A stretch of 64,000 nt of DNA, from contig CAYXZK010000005.1 of NCBI GenBank assembly GCA_964469955.1, positions 47,410 to 111,409 on the forward strand. Reading direction: 5' to 3'. Of this stretch, positions 1 through 9,170 are shown piece by piece. How positions within the stretch are numbered: position 1 is the stretch's first letter; each line of letters opens with the position of its first letter. Under the pieces are notes generated by a model. The model was not told the origin of the DNA, searched no databases, and saw nothing but the letters and a program-made list of their open reading frames with translations. Source of the stretch: an uncultured Candidatus Saccharibacteria bacterium (GTDB lineage: Bacteria; Patescibacteriota; Minisyncoccia; Minisyncoccales; GWA2-38-27). The position numbers were made by a program, and so were the translations under genes.

Positions 1-93
1 GCCAAAAAATCGGGAAAACAAAGAAGAGAATTGCGTAAAAGCGTTTTACTTGGCAAGGTTGAAGCTAAAAAAATAAAAAAACTTTTAAAATAA
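1..93 (+). CDS. rpmI: 50S ribosomal protein L35, 3' end (partial)
   Basis: Frame 1 reads AKKSGKQRRELRKSVLLGKVEAKKIKKLLK*, a basic L35-like C-terminus ending 1 nt before rplT (conserved rpmI-rplT order). Confidence 0.85.
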   Translation, partial: AKKSGKQRRELRKSVLLGKVEAKKIKKLLK

Positions 94-94
94 T

Positions 95-448
95 ATGACA
101 AGGGTAAAAAGAGGGACAATAGCGCACAAAAGAAGAAAAAACGTATTAAAATATACTAAAGGTTTTAGGTGGGGCAGAAAATCAAAATACAAGGCTGCCA
201 AAGAAGCAATCCAACATGCTTGGACTTACGCCTATAGAGATAGGAGAAACAAGAAAAGAGACATCAGAAGATTTTGGCAAAACAGAATTAATTTCGCAAG
301 TCGAGAAATGGGAATCACTTACAGCCATTTTATGCAAGGAATGAAGAAGAAAAAGATTGAGATAGACAGAAAAATTCTTTCTCAAATAATAGAAGAAAAA
401 CCAGAAATTTTTAATAAAATAGCTGAAGAAATAAAAGCCAAATCATAA
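95..448 (+). CDS. rplT: 50S ribosomal protein L20
   Basis: MTRVKRG...YAYRDRRNKKRDIRRFW...IDRKILS signature. Confidence 0.98.
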   Translation: MTRVKRGTIAHKRRKNVLKYTKGFRWGRKSKYKAAKEAIQHAWTYAYRDRRNKKRDIRRFWQNRINFASREMGITYSHFMQGMKKKKIEIDRKILSQIIEEKPEIFNKIAEEIKAKS

Positions 449-459
449 ATCTATAGGAG

Positions 460-539
460 TTTGTAGGAATCAGACTCCTACAAAGCAAATTCCCCTCACA
501 AAAACCCTCTGTAGGAGTCAGACTTCTACAGAGGGTTTT
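460..539. repeat. Two related GTAG-flanked palindromes (REP-like); the second probably also acts as a bidirectional terminator
   Basis: 460-484 TTTGTAGGA-ATCAGAC-TCCTACAAA; 501-539 AAAACCCTCTGTAGGAGTC-A-GACTTCTACAGAGGGTTTT (19-bp arms, one G-T mismatch), between convergent genes. Confidence 0.75.
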
Positions 540-573
540 CTTTTGCAAAGGGTTTTGGGTTTTATAGACTATT

Positions 574-1023
574 CTATAATTTAGTTTTTAGGAAATTATT
601 GGCTTTTTCGAGAATCTCTCTTGCCTTTCTAAAAGTAAGTTGTTCCATAGCTTCGGTATATGGCAACCATCTATAACCAGTATGTTCAAAAGAAATTCTA
701 ATTTCTTTTGTTTTTGTTTCGGCTAAATAAAAAGTAACTATTTTAAAAATAAAAGGAGCTTTCTCTTTTGACCCTCCTTTAAGATTATAAGTGTCCCTAA
801 AAGAATATTTTATCCATTCTTTAAAACCATCTATAATTTTAATATCTTGAACACCTGTTTCTTCCTCAACTTCTCTTTTGACTGTTTCTATTTCTGTTTC
901 GTTTTTCTCAATATGTCCTTTAGGTAAATCCCAATGACCTGCTTCATAATGTAAAAGCAGATATAAAATCTGATTACCTTCTTTTCGAAAAATCACAGCC
1001 CCAGCTGATGTTTCTTTTGGCAT
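574..1023 (-). CDS. NUDIX hydrolase, Ap4A (bis(5'-nucleosyl)-tetraphosphatase)-like
   Basis: Nudix box GHIEKNETEIETVKREVEEETG; LLLHYEAGHWDLPKG and SFEH motifs of asymmetric Ap4A hydrolases. Confidence 0.88.
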   Translation of the reverse strand: MPKETSAGAVIFRKEGNQILYLLLHYEAGHWDLPKGHIEKNETEIETVKREVEEETGVQDIKIIDGFKEWIKYSFRDTYNLKGGSKEKAPFIFKIVTFYLAETKTKEIRISFEHTGYRWLPYTEAMEQLTFRKAREILEKANNFLKTKL

Positions 1024-1028
1024 ATTTT

Positions 1029-2759
1029 TTAGTTTTGTTTAAAATTGCTTAGAAGTTTCTGTAAAGAAAAGGTATTAATAATATTCTTGTTTTCTGCCCA
1101 GCCACGACGAGCTTGATAAACTCCGAATTCCATATATTTCATTTGATTTGCTTCGTGAGCGTCTGAATTAATAATTAATCTCACTTCCAGAGCAATAGCT
1201 CTTTTTATATAAATGTCATTCAAATCCAGTCTTTTGGGGGAAGAATTTATTTCTAAAATTGTATTAGTTTCTTTCGCTTTATCTAAAATATTTTCCATAT
1301 CTAAGCTATATGCGTCTCGCTTGCCCAAAAGCCGACCCGTTGGATGCGCAATTATATCAATATGAGGATTTTCCATAGCCGTGATAATCCTTTTGGTCAT
1401 TTTTTCTTTTGGCATCTTAAAGCTGGAATGAACTCCAGCAATAACGTAATCCATTCTCTTTAATATACTCTCTTTAATATCAACAGAACCATCATTTAAA
1501 ATATTAGTCTCGCAACCATGTAAAATTCTGAATTTAGAATTGCGCGCTTCAAATTCAAGGTTCAATTTATCAATCTCTTGGCGTTGTCTTATCAATTGTT
1601 TTTCATTTAATCCATTTTCAATCCGCAAAAATTTTGTATGATCGCTGATACCTAAATATGCGTAACCCAAAGAAATAGCCATATTTGCCATTGCCTTAAT
1701 TGAATTTTGCCCTCCATTCCAATTAGAATGGCAATGCAAGTCTCCTTTAACGTCTTCTAGTTTTATCAATTTCGGCAAATCTCCTTTTAAGCTTGCCTGA
1801 ATTTCCCCACGATTTTCTCTTATTTCGGGATAAATCCATTGCAATCCAAGTATTTTATAAACACTTTCTTCTGTTTTGCCAGCAATATATTTCTGTTTTT
1901 TAAAAACTCCGTATTCGTTTAGTTTAAACCCTTTTTCTAAAGCGATTCTCCTTAAAATAATATTATGCTCTTTAGAACCAGTAAAATATTGCAATGCCGC
2001 GCCATAGCTTTTTTCAGGCACAACTCTTATGTCTAAATCAAAACCATTTCTTGTTCTAATGGATGATTTTTTTAAACCTTTGCCCCAAATTTTAACAACT
2101 TCTGGTTGAGAAACAAAAAAATCCATTATCTTTTTTGGATTTTTTGAAACTACCAAAATGTCAATATCTCCAATTGTTTCTTGTTTTCTTCTAACGGAAC
2201 CAGCGCTAGAAATTTTTTGGACTTCTTTTAACTGCTTGAGATTATTCTTAATCTCTTCGGCTTTAGGTAAAATTTCAGACAAAAGAAACCGACCTTTGCT
2301 TTTTTTTAAAAAAGCGATTCCTTTTAAAATATTCTCTTCTGTTTTTAATCCAAATCCTGTCAAATCTCTAATTTTTCCTGTTCTTGCTTTTTTTTCTAAG
2401 TCTTTTAAGTTTTTTATTTTAAGTTTTTCAAAAAGAATTTTTGCTTTTTTGGGGCCCAGTCCTTCAACTTTTATTATTTCTTTTAGGTTTAAAGGGAATT
2501 TATTTTTAATTCCTTGATGATATTTAATTTTACCTGTTGTTAAATACTCTTCTATTTTTTTAGCGATATTTTTACCTATACTAGGAATTTTTTCAAGTTC
2601 TTTAACCCCCCCTTTTTTATAAACATCCTGAATGTCTTCTTCTAATTTCTCTAAAACATAAGAAGCTCTTCTATAAGCAGATGGCTTAAAGGCGACTTCA
2701 TGCGCCTGAAGATAATAGCTAATTTCGTAAAAAATCTTTGCCAAATCTTGATTTGTCAT
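1029..2759 (-). CDS. polX: DNA polymerase X / PHP 3'-5' exonuclease
   Basis: [24 protein letters not shown], HhH motifs, C-terminal PHP domain (DLHCHS, SDH, AHPTGR, INSDAH). Confidence 0.95.
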   Translation of the reverse strand: MTNQDLAKIFYEISYYLQAHEVAFKPSAYRRASYVLEKLEEDIQDVYKKGGVKELEKIPSIGKNIAKKIEEYLTTGKIKYHQGIKNKFPLNLKEIIKVEGLGPKKAKILFEKLKIKNLKDLEKKARTGKIRDLTGFGLKTEENILKGIAFLKKSKGRFLLSEILPKAEEIKNNLKQLKEVQKISSAGSVRRKQETIGDIDILVVSKNPKKIMDFFVSQPEVVKIWGKGLKKSSIRTRNGFDLDIRVVPEKSYGAALQYFTGSKEHNIILRRIALEKGFKLNEYGVFKKQKYIAGKTEESVYKILGLQWIYPEIRENRGEIQASLKGDLPKLIKLEDVKGDLHCHSNWNGGQNSIKAMANMAISLGYAYLGISDHTKFLRIENGLNEKQLIRQRQEIDKLNLEFEARNSKFRILHGCETNILNDGSVDIKESILKRMDYVIAGVHSSFKMPKEKMTKRIITAMENPHIDIIAHPTGRLLGKRDAYSLDMENILDKAKETNTILEINSSPKRLDLNDIYIKRAIALEVRLIINSDAHEANQMKYMEFGVYQARRGWAENKNIINTFSLQKLLSNFKQN

Positions 2760-3388
2760 AAATCTCTAGGTCTCCCAAAGGGAAAATAGTGCATAAAAGG
2801 ATGCTCGCGTGGCAAAATATAATTGTACGCGCCTAAAAGCAATAAAGACGAGAGAATGCTAGATGTTCCAACTATAATAAGGACCGCATTAAACCCATAA
2901 ATAGAAGCCATAATTCCTCCAATTCCTCCTGTAATTCCTACACCAAGACCGACAAAAGTGCTATCTATTGCCCATCCAAAAGCTGCTTTATTCTTATTAA
3001 TGTGTCTGGTAAAAATAGCACACCAAGAAGGATAAAACAAAGCCATGCCCAATGCATTCAATGTCTGAAGAAGATAAATATGCCAAACGCAAGAAGAAAC
3101 CAAAAAACCAAAAGGAACTAAACCAGTTAGAAATAATCCTAAAACCATAAACCAATAATCATCCTTCTCGCCATGGACGCGATCTAAAAATCGGCTAATT
3201 GGAATTTGTAGAATTGATTTCACGGTCCAATAAATCAAAGCAGCGAAACCGGCAATCTCGACCGCTTGCGTCGCATCTCCATTAACAACGTTTTTCAAAA
3301 TAAAAATGGCGAAAATAGGGCTAAACAAACCCCATGAAGCAAATAGAAAAAAATCACTAGCTATTAAAAATTTTATAACTACATTCAT
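2756..3388 (-). CDS. Half-size MFS-type membrane transporter (~6 TM)
   Basis: Six hydrophobic segments, motif-A-like ISRFLDRVHGEKD, Gly-rich GVGITGGIGG; 4-nt overlap with polX start. Confidence 0.7.
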   Translation of the reverse strand: MNVVIKFLIASDFFLFASWGLFSPIFAIFILKNVVNGDATQAVEIAGFAALIYWTVKSILQIPISRFLDRVHGEKDDYWFMVLGLFLTGLVPFGFLVSSCVWHIYLLQTLNALGMALFYPSWCAIFTRHINKNKAAFGWAIDSTFVGLGVGITGGIGGIMASIYGFNAVLIIVGTSSILSSLLLLGAYNYILPREHPFMHYFPFGRPRDL

Positions 3389-3508
3389 TGAATTAGATTT
3401 ATTTATGAAACACTTGTTGTCTTCTGTTATTTTATATTATCAGAATCTTAAACGCAACCATTAGTCAGCCAGCAACAAATAGCAAACACGCAAACAATAT
3501 AAAAAAGG

Positions 3509-3536
3509 TTGACCTCTCGTGCATATAAATTAGAAT
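3509..3536 (+). promoter_or_regulatory. Sigma70-type promoter, probably giving a leaderless mRNA
   Basis: TTGACC-16 bp-TAGAAT with ATG 7 nt downstream (3543). Confidence 0.6.
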
Positions 3537-3542
3537 ATAAAT

Positions 3543-4277
3543 ATGCAACAAAAAAACTGGGAAAAAGAAAAAGAAAAAGAATGGAAAGAAAATTCTGATT
3601 TTTGGATTAAAATTATCCGTGAGAAATTAGACCCTTTTCGAGAACAACTAACCAATAAAGCTGTCCTTAGTCCTGTTAGAGAAAGAAAAAATTTAAGAAT
3701 TCTTGACGCTGGATGCGGGGAAGGTTATTTGTGCAGAAAATTAGTAAAAATGGGACATAAGGTTGTTGGCATAGATTCCTCTGAAAGATTGATTAAAGCA
3801 GCAATAGAATTAGAAAAGAAAAAACCTTTAGGAATAAAGTATCTCTTAGGAGATATAAGAAAAACAAAGATCGCTTCTGCTTCTTTTGACGTAATTCTTT
3901 CTCATCAAGTTATTAACGAAATAGAAAATCCTGAAAAAGGGTTTCAAGAATTTTATAGAATTTTAAAAAGAAAAGGAGAGATAGTCTGTCTTTTCTTGCA
4001 TCCTTGCTTTGATTTCAAAAAACCAAATTCTTTAGATTATTTTAGTAAAAAGAAAATAGAAAAAAAACATTTTCTTGTAAGCGGGATCAGGTCGCCCTAT
4101 TCTTATTCTTATATCCATTTACCTCTCTCGGAATGGATAAATATATTAGTCAAAGCAAGTTTTTTAATTTTAGACATTAAAGAACCGCACCCATCCGCGC
4201 GATTTTTCAAAAATAAATGGTGGCAAGAAAATTTCAGTCGCCCCCGTTTTCTTTTGATAAGAGCTAAAAAGAACTGA
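3543..4277 (+). CDS. Class I SAM-dependent methyltransferase
   Basis: ILDAGCGEG motif I, VVGIDSS motif II, SFDVILS, HPCF. Confidence 0.9.
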   Translation: MQQKNWEKEKEKEWKENSDFWIKIIREKLDPFREQLTNKAVLSPVRERKNLRILDAGCGEGYLCRKLVKMGHKVVGIDSSERLIKAAIELEKKKPLGIKYLLGDIRKTKIASASFDVILSHQVINEIENPEKGFQEFYRILKRKGEIVCLFLHPCFDFKKPNSLDYFSKKKIEKKHFLVSGIRSPYSYSYIHLPLSEWINILVKASFLILDIKEPHPSARFFKNKWWQENFSRPRFLLIRAKKN

Positions 4278-4281
4278 TCTC

Positions 4282-5502
4282 TTAAGTTTGTTTTGAGAAA
4301 TGATAATTTCTATATAAGCTATCTAGAAACTCTAAGACAACAGGATCGTCTATAAGAAGTTCTATCTTTTTAATCCATTTAGATATGGGAAAATTTTTAT
4401 TGTTCTCCCAATGCTGAAGAGCTTGCATCAACAACATAGCCCAGTAAATTTGATTAACAAAATTTCCTTCTGGGCTTTTTCTTTTTTCACAATCATCCCA
4501 CAAATAAACTATTTTTTCTTTTAGGGTTTTGGGAAGTCCTGAAACAAGAGACTGGATAGATTTTCTATTTTTAACATTCTTATCTTTATCTTTCGCGCTT
4601 TTCGTATAAACTTTAGCCATTTCATAAATCAAACTCATTTTAAGCATCTTTCCAACATTTAAACTTTCTTTCTGCCTAACTTTTTTCGCTATTGCGTCTT
4701 TTGTTGGTTTTTCTTTTATTTTAGAAAGAACCCAAACAGCTATTGCTAATAAAAAGGCATCTTCGGCAACAGCGCTTTCTTCTTTAACGTTTTTCAATAT
4801 TCCCTCATTGCTCTTGATTGATTTAAATTTACCTACTTTTAAAATAAACTCAATCTCATTTTTAGCTACTTTATTTTTATTTTTATAAAATTTTTCTTCT
4901 ACTTGTTCTAAAAAATTACGCAAAATAGGATTATCCACAACTTCTTCTATCTCTTCCCACCATCCGATAACAGGCGAATCTGGCTTTGCTCCCCAATATT
5001 CCAATGCTTGAATCAAAGTCTCTATTTTATCTCCTTGTTTTGAAAAAATCCCTTCAGGAGAATTCATTTTTTCATAATTCATCCAACTATCAATTATCTC
5101 TTTTTTAATTTCTTTTGGAAGAGATTCGACAAGAGTATTTAGGGCTTCATCTTCTTTTTTAAATTTTATCTGCGCCCTTTCGTTCTTCAATTTTTTGGGC
5201 AACCTAATCCACCTTTTTAAAAACTCTTTCCTTTTCTTTCTGTCTTTTGGCAATAACCCCCAATAAGGACTCATGTCGCCTGCGTAAACTTCGCAGAGGT
5301 CATGCACGAGACTTATCTTAATAATCTTTTCTAAGTTTAAACAAGGTTTTACTTTTAACGCCAAAATCCAATTCAATACAGCTACTCTAAAAATATGTTG
5401 AGCAATTGTTTCTGGGTCTTTAATTTCCAACCAAACAAAACCGCTTCTTCGCATTTTTTTAAGTTTTCCGATTTCAGTAAGAAAATAAACAATCTCTTTC
5501 AT
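4282..5502 (-). CDS. Tandem HD-domain (YfbR/HDDC2-like 5'-nucleotidase fold) protein; second domain degenerate
   Basis: First domain ETIAQH...HDLCEVYAGD...DKIE; second half repeats the pattern without the metal ligands. Confidence 0.8.
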   Translation of the reverse strand: MKEIVYFLTEIGKLKKMRRSGFVWLEIKDPETIAQHIFRVAVLNWILALKVKPCLNLEKIIKISLVHDLCEVYAGDMSPYWGLLPKDRKKRKEFLKRWIRLPKKLKNERAQIKFKKEDEALNTLVESLPKEIKKEIIDSWMNYEKMNSPEGIFSKQGDKIETLIQALEYWGAKPDSPVIGWWEEIEEVVDNPILRNFLEQVEEKFYKNKNKVAKNEIEFILKVGKFKSIKSNEGILKNVKEESAVAEDAFLLAIAVWVLSKIKEKPTKDAIAKKVRQKESLNVGKMLKMSLIYEMAKVYTKSAKDKDKNVKNRKSIQSLVSGLPKTLKEKIVYLWDDCEKRKSPEGNFVNQIYWAMLLMQALQHWENNKNFPISKWIKKIELLIDDPVVLEFLDSLYRNYHFSKQT

Positions 5503-5565
5503 AGTTTTTTTATTTAAATTATTGGATTACGCAATTTTAAATAATAAATAATCAAATCAGACAGA

Positions 5566-5597
5566 ATAAATGCGCGGATTTAAACCCGCGCATTTAT
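5566..5597. terminator. Hairpin downstream of the greA-like gene
   Basis: ATAAATGCGCGG...CCGCGCATTTAT 12-bp inverted repeat. Confidence 0.6.
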
Positions 5598-5610
5598 CAA
5601 TTTCTATAAA

Positions 5611-6087
5611 TTAGCTTGTGTATCTAATTCTTTTTATTTTATAAATCATTTTTGTTGAAGAATTAATTGTAACTTCATCGCCGATTTTACACCCCAAAAG
5701 AGCTCTCCCAACCGGAGACTCATTACTAATCTTTCCAAAAGAAGGATTGGCTTCTAGTGTTCCTACAATCTTGAATTCATCTTTGCGTCCATTTACGTCA
5801 ACTAAAACTTCGGCCCCGATTGAGACAACATCCTTTCTATTTTTTAAAGGAGGTTTTATTAGTTCTACGTTCTTAAAGATATACTCTAACTCAAGAATTC
5901 TCATTTCAAGAAAATCCAAATTCTCTTGAAATGAAAAATATTCTGGGTTTGGGTCTTCAGAATGTAAAACTTCTGGAGCTCCGTCTAGTTCTGCTTTAGA
6001 CTTTTTGATATTTGTCAATTTCTGATATTCTTTTTTTAAATTTTCTAATCCTTCTGTTGTTAAATAGTACTTTCTTTGCATTGCCAT
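5611..6087 (-). CDS. greA: GreA/GreB family transcription elongation factor (atypical tip)
   Basis: YYLTTEGLENLKKE N-terminus, C-terminal IVGTLEANP..GKISNESPVGRALLG. Confidence 0.85.
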   Translation of the reverse strand: MAMQRKYYLTTEGLENLKKEYQKLTNIKKSKAELDGAPEVLHSEDPNPEYFSFQENLDFLEMRILELEYIFKNVELIKPPLKNRKDVVSIGAEVLVDVNGRKDEFKIVGTLEANPSFGKISNESPVGRALLGCKIGDEVTINSSTKMIYKIKRIRYTS

Positions 6088-6190
6088 ATTTCTTTCTTGA
6101 TAAAAATTAACTGATTGCTTTTTCTGTTCTATTTTTTAAACAACAAAATAAAAAATTAGTGTGCTTAAAGATATATTTCTGATATTTATA

Positions 6191-6219
6191 ATACTATTCT
6201 GACCAAAAACTCTTGTCAA
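6191..6219 (-). promoter_or_regulatory. Sigma70-type promoter for the greA-like gene
   Basis: TTGACA-17 bp-TAGTAT on the minus strand. Confidence 0.6.
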
Positions 6220-6222
6220 GCC

Positions 6223-7869
<1,647 letters not shown>

Positions 7870-7987
7870 TTACAGCAATAGTTAAAATTGGCATTCTGCT
7901 CAAATTTTGCTACCGCTCTAAGCAATAATATAATTTAACGATTAAAAAATTTCTGTTTTATTCTTGTTACGGTAATCATCGTTTAAA

Positions 7988-8278
7988 TTATTCAATAATA
8001 GCTAGAATATCTTCTTCTTTCGCGATTAAATAATCCTTGCCTTCTATTTTTATTTCATTTGGACCGTATTTTGTAAAAAAAACTTTATCACCTATTTTTA
8101 CGTTAATAGGTATAATTTTACCAGAAGATGTTGTTTTGCCAGGTCCAACGGCAATAATTTTACCTTGTTCCGGTCTCTCTTTTTCGGCTGTTTGCGGAAG
8201 AAAAATTCCGGTTTTTGTTTTCTCTTCTTCTTTAGCAGGTTCAATAAGAATATGGTCTGAAAGAGGTTTTATGTTCAT
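7988..8278 (-). CDS. groES: Co-chaperonin GroES (start moved to the ATG at 8278)
   Basis: MNIKPLSDHILIEP...KTGIFLP..AEKERPEQGKIIAVGPG...EDILAII. Confidence 0.97.
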   Translation of the reverse strand: MNIKPLSDHILIEPAKEEEKTKTGIFLPQTAEKERPEQGKIIAVGPGKTTSSGKIIPINVKIGDKVFFTKYGPNEIKIEGKDYLIAKEEDILAIIE

Positions 8279-8411
8279 AAAAACAACAAACAACGAATAA
8301 CAAATAATGAACAATAAGAAACATTTTAACGTTTATCAATCTGTTCATTAGTCGCTCTCCGTTATTTTTTTAAAAATAAATTATAAATTATTAATTAATG
8401 GGTAATAATCT

Positions 8412-8439
8412 ATTTTAAGAATAATAAAAAATATGTCAA
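8412..8439 (-). promoter_or_regulatory. Sigma70-type promoter for groESL
   Basis: TTGACA-16 bp-TAAAAT on the minus strand. Confidence 0.55.
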
Positions 8440-8485
8440 GTTTTATTCTGTTATCTATGTTCTAAGCAAAATTGACTAACAATGA

Positions 8486-8514
8486 TTGACTTTAAAATAA
8501 AATCTTGTTAATAT
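8486..8514 (+). promoter_or_regulatory. Sigma70-type promoter, probably leaderless
   Basis: TTGACT-17 bp-TAATAT with ATG 7 nt downstream (8521). Confidence 0.6.
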
Positions 8515-8520
8515 TGGTTT

Positions 8521-8886
8521 ATGATAACAGGATTGTTTTTTAATATTTTGGCTGGAATATTGGGAATTTTTTTATCAGCTCGTTTTATTCCAGGGATAGC
8601 TTTTTTCGGAGATACGTATATGTTAATCATAATAGGTAGTCTTCTGGGAGGAATTAATTTCTTCATCAAGCCAATTTTAAAAACAATAACTCTTCCTTTA
8701 AGGATTCTAACTTTTGGATTGTTCACGTTAGTAATCAATATGGGTTTAATCTGGATAGTGGAAATAATCTTTCCAAAAGATTTAGAGATATCCGGGATTG
8801 TTCCTCTTTTTTATGCCACGCTCGTAATCTGGGTTTTAAATTTGATTTTTGGATCATACAATGACAGGGAAAACAGAAAAAAATAA
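8521..8886 (+). CDS. YvlD / 4-TM phage-holin-like family membrane protein
   Basis: GGINFFIKPILKTITLPLRILTFGLFTLVIN signature, 4 TM segments. Confidence 0.85.
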   Translation: MITGLFFNILAGILGIFLSARFIPGIAFFGDTYMLIIIGSLLGGINFFIKPILKTITLPLRILTFGLFTLVINMGLIWIVEIIFPKDLEISGIVPLFYATLVIWVLNLIFGSYNDRENRKK

Positions 8887-8915
8887 AAAATAAAAACATA
8901 AAGGAACATCAATAT

Positions 8916-9134
8916 ATGGAAAAATTTATATTAATCGCTCAAATCATTGTTTCTATTCTATTAATGATTTTTATTCTCCTACAACAAAGAGGAACCGCTA
9001 TGGGTTCCGCTTTTGGAGGAGGAAGCGAAGGCTTTTACTCAACGCGAAGAGGCGCGCAGAAAAAAATTTATTGGGCAGCTATAGTTTGTGGAATTTTATT
9101 TATTCTTCTCGCGGCCCTAAACCTCTTTATCTAA
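8916..9134 (+). CDS. secG: Preprotein translocase subunit SecG
   Basis: ILLQQRGTAMGSAFGGG...STRRG between two TM helices. Confidence 0.93.
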   Translation: MEKFILIAQIIVSILLMIFILLQQRGTAMGSAFGGGSEGFYSTRRGAQKKIYWAAIVCGILFILLAALNLFI

Positions 9135-9170
9135 GCACAATCTTCTAACCCATCTAATTATTTAACCGAA

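Noticed and set aside
7888-7914. Possible CIRCE (HrcA) operator between groES and groEL (TTGGCATTC...TGCTAC)
   Set aside because: The right arm matches GAGTGCTAA poorly, the spacing is off by one, and it is not at the groES promoter
8521-8886. Holin-like gene as a sign of a prophage
   Set aside because: The YvlD-type family is commonly chromosomal; no endolysin, integrase or structural genes nearby, and it heads the secG unit
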